This document shows positions 25,950 through 38,744 of a DNA stretch of 64,000 nucleotides, piece by piece. A program made the position numbers and the translations under genes. Every line of letters starts with the position of its first letter. Within the stretch, counting starts at the first letter, position 1. Below the pieces are notes generated by a model. The model was not told the origin of the DNA. It worked only from the letters and a program-made list of their open reading frames with translations, and ran no database searches. The stretch is from Octopus sinensis (lineage: Eukaryota): positions 5,661-69,660 of the forward strand of contig NW_021834639.1 of assembly GCF_006345805.1 (NCBI RefSeq). The letters run 5' to 3'.

Positions 25950-26251
25950 AGTGGTGGTGGTGGTGGTGGTGGTGTGGTGGTGGTAGAAGCACCATACACA
26001 TATACGCACATATATGTCTGTATGTATACATGGGTGTTTGTGTGTGTGTGTAAATGTACATATATAATATATAGATATATATATATATATATATAATACC
26101 TGTATATATGAAAGATTATATATATATATATCTTTACATATATACAGGTATATAATATATATATATGCACACACATGCATATATGAGACAACGGATGATG
26201 ATAATGATATACATATATATCGGTTGATAATACATACATATACACATATAT

Positions 26252-26294
<43 letters not shown>

Positions 26295-27060
26295 TTAATT
26301 AATATATATATGTATATGTATGTATTATCAACCGATATATATGTATATATCTTATCATCATCCGTTGTCCATATATGCATGTGTGTGTCTATGCGTGTGA
26401 GTGTGTGTGTGTTATAAACATTTATATATATATTCAAATATATATATACACACAGCCATGTATAATTGTATGCAGTTACATATATATAGTTATATGCATA
26501 GCTACATACACATATACATGCATACATACATACAAACATGCATAGATACACACATACGTACATACATACATATACATGCATGCACATATACATACATACA
26601 TACATACACACACATACTACACCACATACACACATACATACATACATCCATACATACATACATACATACCGTACATACACAAACACACATTACATACATA
26701 CATACACATACATACATACATACATACATACATACATACATACGTACATACATACATACATACATACATACACACCCATACATACATAACACATACACAC
26801 ATACATACACATACATACACACATACATACATACATACATACATACACAATTACACACATACATACATACATACATACATACATACATACATTACATACA
26901 TACTACATACCCACATACATACATAATACATACATACATACACACATACACACATACATACATACATACATACATACATACATACATACATACACACATA
27001 CACACATACATACATACACACATACATACATACATACATACATACATACAAGTATGCATA
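25950..27060. repeat. (TA)n/(TACA)n compound microsatellite
   Basis: Directly visible. Confidence 0.95.
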
Positions 27061-27286
27061 CATATTTAAAACCTCATATAAAAGTTGTTTGAACATCCAT
27101 GCATTGCCACGGAGTCATGCATAGGTAGGTTAGCAAGTGTATGTACCTACCTTATATATTTATGTGTGTATGTATATGTGTGTGTGTGTGTGCGTGTGCT
27201 TGTGTGTGTATATAACACACTGCCTACCTAATATATATACAGATAAATATTTATACATTAAACAAACATACATATGTGTGTGTGTA

Positions 27287-27332
<46 letters not shown>

Positions 27333-27360
27333 ATTATATATACATACACATATATATATA

Positions 27361-27630
27361 TCACCGTGACCACCGTGATCGACCAGGCTATCAGATGTTG
27401 CTACACATCGCTGTTCACAATGCGTTTCGCATTGGTTTAGCCTTCAAATGATGCCATCCGCTGGTTAAACGAGCAGGCCAAGAGAAGAAAGAGTGAGAGA
27501 AAGTTGTGGCGAAAGAGTAACAGCAGGGATCGCTATCACTCCCTGTCGGAGCCTCGTGGGCCTTTAGGTATTTTCGCTCAATAAACACTCACAACGCCTG
27601 TGTCTGGAATCGAAACCGCCACCCTACGAT
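27361..27630 (-). mobile_element. SINE family C' (reverse of 56818-57122)
   Basis: gaccaggctatcagatgttgc..gagtgagagaaagttgtggcgaaagagt..gctcaataaacactcacaacgcc..ggaatcgaaaccgc. Confidence 0.85.
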
Positions 27631-28288
27631 AACACACGCACACAATATATATGTATATATGCATACGTTTGTGTGCATATATATAATATATATATATATA
27701 TAAATATATATTATATTATATATTATATATATAGGTTTTGTAAATATATATACTATGCATATATATACATAACATATATTTGTATATATGTATGTATACC
27801 GACTATAGTCTCTGAGGATTTGTGTAATATCTCAGCTACATGTCATCACCTGAAAACACCATATTGTCGGGTGATATTTTTCTATATTCCACATACTCTT
27901 TGTATTGAGTCCTTCACTCTAATTTTGGGCATGCACGTCCCGCAACTACAAGAATATACGCGTTACGGAAATAACACATTTTTGAAAATCTTCTGATTTT
28001 ATTTCATTGGGTTTCGTGTAATAAATAATGAGATCAGATTTGACTGAATTTCTCGATAAAAGAGAAGCGAAAAGCAACAACAGCGACATAAAGCAATGCA
28101 ATACGACGTCTTTTATGCGTGAAAATAAAACGATTTCTTAATAAACACAGAAAAATATGAATCCATGAAAAACCATTTGAAAAGAAATACTTTGAGGAAT
28201 AAACAAGAATCGATCAAATTCAGTACAAGTGATATAATCGACTAGTCCCTACCCCACAAATTTGAGGCCGTGTGGCCCTGTATAAAGG

Positions 28289-28289
<1 letters not shown>

Positions 28290-28382
<93 letters not shown>

Positions 28383-28520
28383 TATGTTTACTTTGCTCTA
28401 TATTTGTACAAGTTGGCTTCAAGTCTCCCCAGAGACCTCAAGACAACAGGTTGGAAGTTCGTGATGTTGTTATGCCTAGTGTGCCATATGTGGTTTTGTA
28501 TTTGTGTTGTACTATGAATG
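28290..28520 (-). mobile_element. Probable R4/Dong-like 3'UTR with (AAT)n tail
   Basis: Minus strand reads ..cttgaggtctctggggagacttgaagccaacttgtacaaatatagagcaaagtaaacatag then (AAT)n; resembles a recalled octopus repeat end. Confidence 0.45.
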
Positions 28521-28592
28521 TCACAAAAAAAAAAAAAAAAAATTTTGTTTAAATATTATTATTATTATTATTATTATTATATTATTATTATG

Positions 28593-28625
<33 letters not shown>

Positions 28626-31600
28626 TTATTTATTATTATTATTATCATTATATTATATTATTATTATTATTATTATGATATTATATTATTATTATTATTA
28701 TTACCATTTTTAGTGTTATTAGCGGTCAGCATACAAACAAACTTCCTTTTTAGAAGTATCTAGATGCAACAACTCCGCAGACTCAAAGCGGAAAAATAAG
28801 TAATCCTATCTACTACTGGGAGAGGAATAATTGAAAATGACTCTCTCTCTCTCCCATCTATCTACCCCTCTCTCTTTCACTCAATCTCTCCGTTCTCAGG
28901 TGCTAATACCGTTAATCAATTTGTTAAACCAGACAGAAATCTATTATTAATGGGAAGACAATTCATTCATCTTTTGTCTATGGCCGACCTTTACGTCATA
29001 TGCGGCAGATGATAAACATCTTGAAATATTGCTACAGATATCTCGCTGATTTAATAGAAAGAACTGATCGGATTAGATAACTGTACCAAGGTAACCTTGT
29101 ATCGAAGGAAATTAATTAAGAAGACAAATATCATCTTCGATAAAGAAACAGATTTAAGAGAATTAGACCAAACTCTGACTTATAAATCAGTTAACTAGAC
29201 AAATCATACTTGTTAATTGATTGTAGGGTCACCGTATTTCATTATGTAACCATAGTAAAGATTTTAATATGCAACCATGTAAAGTGATAACTTTAAAATG
29301 TGACTAAATCGTGCTGCTAACACAGGCAGGTCACATTTTTGACTTATAAGACTTTAATATGCCTAATAGTATATTATGGCTGCATAACGAAATACGGTGT
29401 CCCAATCACTAGTTAATATGTACATACCAATTGCCAGAAATGTGTTCATGGATGGTTAATGGATTGGATGTGGTGATGATGAAAGAGCAAGAACTCTCGA
29501 AATATGTATATACACCCATTACCTATTTTTATATCTTCGATCGCATTGTTTACATAGACATGTTCGCATATGAAACATCGTAACTTTCAATGCTGGCTCT
29601 AATTCTTATAGAAAATCTGTAGAGACAGCTTTAAAAAGTGAAATCATACTAAATGATCGAAATCCATTCGAACAGTGACTCTCTTTCTTTTAGACAGTTT
29701 AACTTTGATTACATTATTCAATGACCTATTTGAAGGCATCCGAGTGAAATTTGAACAATATTTTAGCAACACTTTGTAGCGGTTCGGTGGGCACGCAGAT
29801 GCTCCGTAATGGTGAGTGACCAGCATCTGTACCTATGTAAAAGACAGAGAGAGAGGAGGAGAAAACAGTTAAATAGAGAAGAAAGCATCGAAAGTCCTCA
29901 TGCCTTTCACATAACTTTTTTTGTTATTTAAAGGAAGCAAACGAAAAGGAAATAATAATAATAATAATAATAATAATGAAATGAATAAATAAATAACAAG
30001 TAAATCGCATTGCCGGTTTGACCTAAGAATGGAATCCAGGTGGAGCTGTCAGTTTGGCCTTCAGCAAACCACTTTCCCCGCTGGACCAGTGTTGATCACA
30101 TTAACATTCTAAACTACTCCAGCATCCATTCACGTCATCAGGTGATCAGTGATGCAGATAAGTCTTATATCCAGTTTACTTACAGCCGTTTACAGCTCTT
30201 CAACAAGTGTAAAGATTAATTTCTCTTAAACGGCCGCCTTTTTATTCCAAATATCTTGTCCTACATTAAATGTCACAATCCAATGGAGGAAATTAATATA
30301 ATATTTTTGCCTTCACTAGTACAGATGACGTCATCAAAACATTATTAAATGTCATCTAATGAACCGAAGAAAAACCGTTTTCAATTTCTTTCTTTCATTC
30401 CTTCTTTTCTTATTCCCTCTACTTTCTCTCTCTCATTCATCATTTTAGTTTTCCCACCTCCTCCTCTCACCCTCCTCTTTCTCCCCCTTTTCTCCTTCTC
30501 CTTCCGCCCTCGTTCTTCTACTTCTTCGTTTTCTTCTTTCTTCAAGGGAGAAATGACGAAGATGATGTTGATACGATCATGTTGATACGATCATGATGAT
30601 CGTTATCTTCGTCATCATCGTCTTTGTTGTCATCATCATCAACAACAACGGTACCATAAAATCACTACCACTGCTTCTACCACCACCGCCACCACTACCA
30701 CCACTGCTAGCAAAAACACCACCGTGACTACCATTATCACCACCACCATCACTAAAACACCTCTACCACCAACAACCACCACCATCACCGCCACTATCAC
30801 CACTACAACCACCACCAGCGCCGCCACCCCTATCACTACCATTTTGTGCAAATGTCGCTTACCATAAAACCGAGTTGAATAATACCCTCTGAGCGACATG
30901 TGCAAACAGAAAACTGTACGGAAGTCTTCCAGAAGGAGAGGGACTTCCTTTTCTTGGATCGTGATTATAATTTACCTCTTGGTTTAACACCGCTACTTGG
31001 TCCATGGGGAAGGGGTCCCTTTAGTATAGACTACATTGTTTCTCCTTTCGAGCCAGGTCTTCGAATACGGAAAACTCTATAAGGCTATACTCCTCCCTTA
31101 CCCCACCAGTCTCGGAAACTCATAAGATGTCCATGAGCACCACTCTTTATCCTTTGGTTAAATAATCAAAAAATGGCAAAAATTATCAGCTGCTAGGTGT
31201 GTATGTATGAGTGTTAAGGAAAAGAGAAACAGAGGTGAGGAGAAACAACAATAAACTTGAATAAGGCCATTACGTTCAAAATATTAAGCCATATAATGTG
31301 AACTGTCTCCAACTATGTCGTTTATTGACCATGATTTCCAACCGAACACTCTTTTACTAAATTTGTTTATATTTAATTGCTTTCGATACCTTCTTACCTG
31401 GACTTTCATTTCGTCTGCTGGGAATAAAACAGTTGTCTGGGCAATCGATAACCCGGTATTCATATAACCTATACCAACCCGTCGAAGCTAAACTCGAATA
31501 AACATAGTCGTAAGTTTTAAGATTTATAATCTAATAATGATGACGATGCGTTATTGTGTGTCTGTCTATGTGTGTATGTGTTTGTGTGTGTCTGTCTATG

Positions 31601-32082
31601 TGTGTGTGTGCGTGTGTGTATGTGTGTACGTGTGTGTGTGTGCTTATACCTATCTCCTCTCATAGCTCGTCCTCCTAGCGTTCATAATAATTTTTCTATC
31701 GTCTTGGCATAACAACCCTCACCGTTTCTTTTTACTGTTTCTGTTCTCACTGTCCTGTTCTTGTTACCACCATTACCCTCCGCAAAAAAAAAAACAAACC
31801 CAAATTTTATTTAATTTGCTTTGCGGGATGGACTGTTTCAACGAAGTCGCGTATCGTCCTTACCTTCTAACGCGTAGATAAAATGGGGACAACTGAAGAA
31901 GGGGAATATTCTTTATGTTGCATGTCTCGTTTCCCCGTTTGTTTTTTCGTTGTTCGAAAGATAAGTTCGTTTTCTATGTTTTTGTTTTTATGTTTTCGTT
32001 TCTCATTATGGTCAACGTTTTTTTATGTCCTGTACTCATATATGCATGTATATATACATAACATACAAACACACCACACACA

Positions 32083-32116
<34 letters not shown>

Positions 32117-32121
32117 CATAT

Positions 32122-32163
<42 letters not shown>

Positions 32164-32278
32164 GTAGGTAGTACATATATGTATATATATATGCATCTAT
32201 TTATATATTATTTATATTACTATATGATCGAACGCCACGCATCATTTTCTAAGTAACTTTTATCTGTCTATCTATCTA

Positions 32279-32362
<84 letters not shown>

Positions 32363-32589
32363 TACACATGCATACAAATACGCACACAGACACACACACA
32401 ACACATATATATATATATATATCATTATTATATTATTATATTATATTATGTTATAATATCTTATGTCGTAATTGCAATACGTAGGGTGGTTGGGGATGCT
32501 TTGGCATTGGTCAAGCTGTGGTAACTTTTGTGGTACTTCTTTTCTTATAGCTGTCGATAAGATTATCACCATACTTATATTAGTTTTAA

Positions 32590-32780
32590 ATTTTGGCTGA
32601 AGACCAGCAATTTCGAGGGAGAAGCTAAGTCGATTACATCGACCCCCAACGCTCAACTGGATCAACTTATTTTTCGAAAGGCAAAGTCGAACCGGCGGTA
32701 CATAAATTTTATATGCAAAGTCGGAAGAAATGCCTCGGAACATTTTGTCCGGCGCGGTAACGATTCTACCAATTCATTGC
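32590..32780 (-). mobile_element. SINE family A
   Basis: aagtcgattacatcgacccc..gaaaggcaaagtcga..ttttgtccggcgcggtaacgattctacc. Confidence 0.7.
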
Positions 32781-32949
32781 CTTAATCACCATGCTCATAT
32801 TAAAAACGTTTAGCGACGGATATGTGCCTCATTGTTATTACAGAGACTTAATATGGATTCAGATATGATTAAGACACCACATATTCGATCTGTGACATCA
32901 AACGTATACAGGAGAAGAGCATGGATCCCATTTTATCAAGTTTTTGTTT

Positions 32950-33090
32950 GACAGGGTTGGTTGTTTCAGTATGGAAGCTCACCCACCACATCAAGTTTCA
33001 AATGCATTGAGTTTGCTACGGCATTCGTCTTAAAGCAATTATTCCCGGAGCAATTCATGCTGAATTAGTTCTCACTAAGCGCTCCCAACC
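32950..33090 (+). mobile_element. Possible mariner N-terminal remnant
   Basis: ttgtttcagtATGGAAGC then GIRLKAIIPGAIHAELV, similar to the mariner HTH region (..EIHAELV); highly decayed. Confidence 0.3.
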
Positions 33091-33439
33091 CAAAACCTAA
33101 AATAGAGATTTCATGACGTCACAAACAAGATAGCCTTATACCTTTGAATATTAGGGCTGTTATTTGATGAAATGTTTTATCAGTGAATAGAAGTGGTTGA
33201 CGATCCATAGCCAGAATTCATCGATCAAATAACGAAACGTCAAGTCTGTAAAGAGCGGGGTTGTTGCAGCTCTGCAGAGTTGAGCATCCAGAGGAACTTA
33301 GCCGGTTTCACAAACCAGGCTTCTCACCTATGAAGGGTCATCCCTCCCAACATGCGATGCATACATACAGAGCGGCCCAAAAGTAGGTTTACAGTTATTC
33401 AACCATCTCTTTCGCATTCATGTATTAACAGATATTACA

Positions 33440-33795
33440 ACAACCGAAAGCTACAACAGTCCCCGAAATGGACGGCACTGCACTGTATCAAAGACCCCAT
33501 CTTCATCGAAGATACGAACCCAATATTGTAACAGCTTGGTATTCAAGGGACCACAATTTTTTGATTCCCTACCACAGAACATCAGGGATCTGCGAGGTGT
33601 GGACAAGGAGGTCTTCCAAAACGTCTAGACAGTTTTTTTTAAATCTTCAATGCCGGAGGCAGGAGGCACAAAGAAGAGTGACAACCTCGAACTCGCTACT
33701 TCACCAGAAGCAATACTGGGAAACTCACCAGAAGCAGTAAAGGCGGTGCACCAGCATGGCCTCAGCCTCTGGCTAAACCCGTAAAGGGTAAAGTT
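33440..33795 (+). mobile_element. CR1/L2-group LINE 3' end (RT C-terminus plus 3'UTR)
   Basis: Frame reads SPRNGRHCTVSKTPSSSKIRTQYCNSLVFKGPQFFDSLPQNIRDLRGVDKEVF, then frameshifted RLDSFF; ends taaaggcggtgcaccagcatggcc..gtaaagggtaaag. Confidence 0.8.
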
Positions 33796-33816
33796 ATATA
33801 TATGTGTATATATTAT

Positions 33817-33885
<69 letters not shown>

Positions 33886-34479
33886 TCTATATATATATTA
33901 TATATATAATATCTATATAATATATATATATGAAAATAAGTCAAAATAGAAAATGCTAAAATAATTTTATATGAACATTTCAGTACCGATTTCAGTCATT
34001 TTGAGACCTTTTCAACTGTAACGATTAAATAATTAAGTTTAGAAAAATTAAAAGAAAAGTTTTTTTAAAGGAATATTTGTATAGTGTTCAAATATAAGTG
34101 GTATTTTCCTTGTTTCTGCCTTTCTCTGTCTCTCTTGTTTACACTTGTGTGTTCGAGGTCGTTATATATATAATACACGTCGTTGATCGGATAATTACAT
34201 TTACTGTTTCTCGAAAGCCACATTCAAAGTATTATGTATATAATTTACTCCTCCTGTATGTGTGTATTTTATAAGAGAAGGATATGTAATAACTGAAGTA
34301 GAAACAAGATCAATTTCATACATGACCTTCTCTTTGTTTATTATATGACAACAGTAAATTAGTTGTATGTGTTATTTTATTTAGTAATACAGTAACGGCA
34401 ATTATACAACACATACATACAACTGCTTACAATAATAGAGATTACTGTATAATTTCTCCTATGTTCATAATTTTTGGTT

Positions 34480-34768
34480 TACGATATTGGAAAAAATATG
34501 CCAGCAAAGAAAAGATGTAAGCTCTCCAGAAACTGGTATAACTGGTATGCGAGGAACGAATACGGTGTCACCTTTACTACAACCAGTGAGAATATTTATC
34601 TCAATGCAGTTCCTCATAGGTTTGTGCACAAATACTGTTGAACCATTGCATAACTTTTGTTGAGAAAAATTAGGCAATACCATAATAGCAGATATGGAAA
34701 ATGCTTCCCTTAAACCATTTACTTTCATTTTAGTAGACCAAACAAACGGACAAAATCTCCCTTATCTT

Positions 34769-34827
<59 letters not shown>

Positions 34828-34840
34828 TATTATATATTAC

Positions 34841-34878
<38 letters not shown>

Positions 34879-34975
34879 GATGATGGCTTCATTTTTAGAG
34901 ATGCTAGCCGTCCAATCAACACATACCCCCACCCCATCATACAGTACAATCACTCTGTTGATGAGCCCTTAGATG
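34480..34975 (-). mobile_element. Helitron PIF1-helicase remnant split by a (TA)n tract
   Basis: ORF 34465-34728: IMVLPNFSQQKLCNGS..NCIEINILTGCSKGDTVFVPRIPVIP (Helitron IMLLRN..LCNGTRL..IEA.ILTG..G..VFIPRIP); ASISKNEAII near 34880-34910 resembles AILAPKNEAV. Confidence 0.85.
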
Positions 34976-35061
34976 ACACACACACACACACCATATATAT
35001 ATACATCTTATATATATATATACATACATTTATATATGCTATATATAAATTATATACATAC

Positions 35062-35140
<79 letters not shown>

Positions 35141-35284
35141 TATATATACAATAGAATATGTTACAAAAAGAAAATAGAAATTGCACGAGGTAATGTGAGG
35201 GAAAAGTAAGAAAATCAACGAAAATGCACATTATATTATATATATATAATATATATATATACATATATATATATTATATATATA

Positions 35285-35517
35285 TACTCTTTTACTCTTT
35301 TATTTGTTTCAGTCATTTGACTGCGGCCATGCTGGAGCACCGCCTTTAATCGAGCAACTCGACCCCGGGACTTATCTTTGTAAACCCAGTACTTATTCTA
35401 TCGGTCTCTTTTTGCCGAACCGCTAAGTGACGGGGACATAAACACACCAGCATCAGTTTGTCAAGCAATGCTAGGGGGACAACACAGTCACACAAGTACA
35501 CCACTACATATATATAT

Positions 35518-35572
<55 letters not shown>

Positions 35573-35730
35573 TACGACGGGCTTCTTTCAGTTTCCGTCT
35601 ACCAAACCACTCACAAGGCTTGGTCGGCCCGAGGCTATAGTAGAATACCTTGCCCAAGGTGCCACGCAGTGGGACTGAACCCGGAACCATGTGGTTGGTA
35701 ACAAGCTACTTACCACACAGCCACTCCTGC
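35285..35730 (-). mobile_element. Full-length SINE family B
   Basis: Reverse complement of 16915-17314 from the (GAGTAAAA) tail to the gcaggagtggctgtgtggtaag head. Confidence 0.9.
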
Positions 35731-35772
35731 GCGTATATATATATATATATATATAGATATAATAGATAGATA

Positions 35773-35833
<61 letters not shown>

Positions 35834-36078
35834 CGGACAGACAGCGGATGGATGGATATGTGACTCTACGATGTATGTTTAGGTGTGTATATACCTTATG
35901 AGTCAAACACTTGACATGATAGTATTTTTCAGAAATAATGTGAAGGTCAGTTGAAAGGTCAGTGAGATGATGACGTCAATAGGTCAAATATTTTCATCTT
36001 CAAATAAACAAACTATTAAATGTTATAATCATTGCAATACAGGCGACTTAAAGCCTACTTGGAAAAACGGAACTAAAT

Positions 36079-36079
<1 letters not shown>

Positions 36080-36167
<88 letters not shown>

Positions 36168-36234
36168 CATCCATCCATCTATCTATTTATCTATCTATTT
36201 GAACGTCTGTCTGTCTATCTATCTATCTCTGTTC

Positions 36235-36310
<76 letters not shown>

Positions 36311-36315
36311 GTCTT

Positions 36316-36382
<67 letters not shown>

Positions 36383-36387
36383 GTCTG

Positions 36388-36420
<33 letters not shown>
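36080..36420. repeat. (TATC)n/(TGTC)n tetranucleotide tract
   Basis: Directly visible; source of the YLSI ORFs. Confidence 0.95.
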
Positions 36421-36422
<2 letters not shown>

Positions 36423-37038
36423 GTATTGTATGCGTTGGTTTACAGGGGGGGAAAGGAGGGAAAGTATTGAATACTGTAGAAGAGTGCCACAATTTATTTC
36501 GTCTGTCCCCAGATGTGGCTGTGTGGTAAGAAGTTCTCTTCTTAACCATACGTGATTCCATGGTTCACAAGAACAGATACGAACGCAGACAAAAGACAAT
36601 ACAAACGCAAACAGCAAAAAGGAAAAAGATACCCAAAGAAAGAACTCTGAATATACAACATAAACAACACACAGCAAGGACAAAGAGAAAAAAATAAAAA
36701 TAACTGTTTAAAATTTTTTTTATAAAACTGTTCAATGACGTTATCTGGAGTATGGGGTTCGAGTTGACGTCGTTCCACCTTTTCATTTGTCATTACCATT
36801 CTTTCGCTTCGATTTTATTTTTCCCCACTTTTGAGTTTTGTCTGTTCTTGTGCTGTCTCTTCTGTGTTCGATCCTGTGGTTAATCAAGGAAAAGCAGTCC
36901 CACACCTTCTGCGAAGATTTTGTAGACGGAAGCCGAATAAAAAAAATCTTTCGAATATTCATACACTCACACATCATATACATACATACATACATACATA
37001 CAAATTATATATATATATAATATATTTATATAATATAT

Positions 37039-37167
37039 TAATTTAGAGATTTATACCCCTACTTCTCACCAAATAAAAATAATTTTTATTTTAAATACCT
37101 ATTATTAAAATACAAATAAAAAAATTTTTCATTTCGTGAGAAGTAGGGGTATACAATCTCTAAATTA
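37039..37167. mobile_element. Small foldback/MITE (129 bp)
   Basis: taatttagagatttataccctacttctcac pairs with gtgagaagtaggggtatacaatctctaaatta; AT-rich interior also partly inverted. Confidence 0.75.
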
Positions 37168-37444
37168 CAATATATTTCTTCATTGAGAATAATTGAAACT
37201 CTGTTATGCCGGAATTGTTATATTTAAATCTATTATATATATATATATACATATATATATATTATATATATATATTATATATATATAATATATATATATA
37301 ATTATATATATATATGTGTGTGTGTGGGTTGTGTGTGTGGTGTGCGTGTGTGTATTATCATCATCATCATAAAAAAACCCGGTTCCCAAAAAGATACAAG
37401 GCTCCATCTTTGGGGTGTAGGTTAACGCAGAAACAAAAAATTAA

Positions 37445-37860
37445 AAGAATATATTCTCGAAGGTGACTCCTTCTTCTGGGTCATATCTAAATTCATTTTT
37501 CTGAATTTGCAACATGGTCTGGCGAAAACGAATTCTGCAGCTTTGTTACCAACTTCATGACATAATGGAATATAGAGGGGAAAAAAAGGGAGTAAGTAGG
37601 ACAAATAGCTTCATTTTTATTTATCATTTGTACCATAAGCTTTTATATTTTTCTCGCTTGTTCCATGTCCCCACATGTGTTGTATTGTCCCCTCCATGTT
37701 CGATCCACGTGATCATAATAAAGAATCATTGTTACCAACTTCATTAGTTGTAGCATTTGCTGTTGTTCTTGTTCTTTGAGTTGTTGTTTTTGCAACTCAA
37801 CTAAACTCTCTAACAAGTTTTCCATAATTTTACGGATTTTTCGTAAAATATTTGCCACAA
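37445..37860 (-). mobile_element. Gypsy-type LTR retrotransposon gag N-terminus remnant, interrupted by a 170-bp insertion
   Basis: MENLLESLVELQKQQLKEQEQQQMLQLMKLV; removing the insert gives TKLQNSFSPDHVANS then (frameshift) NEFRYDPEEGVTFENIF, similar to the K02A2.6-like gag motif EF.YDPE.G.TF. Confidence 0.65.
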
Positions 37861-38004
37861 AAATGTTTGTTACTCCTCTGCCAAGGTTTTAACTTCACGT
37901 GAAAAATTTTTCGACGTCAAACCGCGTGAATTTTTTCAGCGTTGTCCGCTTGAATTGTTTTTTATCCTCGTCGCCACTGTATGTTATTTTCGGCACTGTA
38001 ATTT

Positions 38005-38411
38005 ATTCCTTTATTGCCCACAAGGGACCAAACACAGAGGGGACAAACAAGGGGATTAAGTCGATTATATCGATTCCAGTGATTTACTGGTACTTATTTA
38101 ATCGACCACGAAAGGACGAAAGGCAAAGTCGACCTCGGCGGAATTTGAACTCAGAACGTAACGGCAGACGAAATACCTATTTCTTTACTACCCACAAGGG
38201 GCTAAACACAGAGAGGACAAACAAGGACACACATAGGTATTAAGTCGATTACATCGACCCCTGTTCGTAACTGGTACTTATTTTAATCGACCCCGAAAGG
38301 ATGAAAGGCAAAGTCGACCTCGGCGGAATTTAAACTCAGAACGTAACGGCAGACGAAATACCGCTAGGCATTTCGCCCGGCGTGCTAACGTTTCTGCCAG
38401 CTCGCCGCCTT
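38005..38411 (-). mobile_element. SINE family A head-to-tail dimer
   Basis: Two units joined at gacgaaatac|ctatttctttac (38176/38177); head ends gccagctcgccgcctt. Confidence 0.9.
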
Positions 38412-38744
38412 AAAATGATGTGTTGTATCTGGCCGAGATTGAAACCTCTATCACTTTTGTCATGGCTATAAACACCCTTACCCACAAGGCCAACAAGACA
38501 GCAACAATTTTCGGCACTGTAATGTTCTTGTCACCGTTAGTATATTGTGGCAGTATTGACTCGTCTATTGTGCTATTGCTGATCGCTCCGCAAGGCAATG
38601 ACTTTGGATCTTCTACCTTGACGGTAACTCGAACTCGTATATGTCACGTACCTGACACTGACTCCGACTCGTACGACCGACTCTACTACTACTCACTGAC
38701 CGACTGCTCCCTTCTTTTTTTTTTTTTTGCCTTCCCGTAACTTA

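Noticed and set aside
34465-34728. Host PIF1 helicase exon
   Set aside because: Motifs match Helitron helicases, are degenerate and are interrupted by (TA)n; no splice sites.
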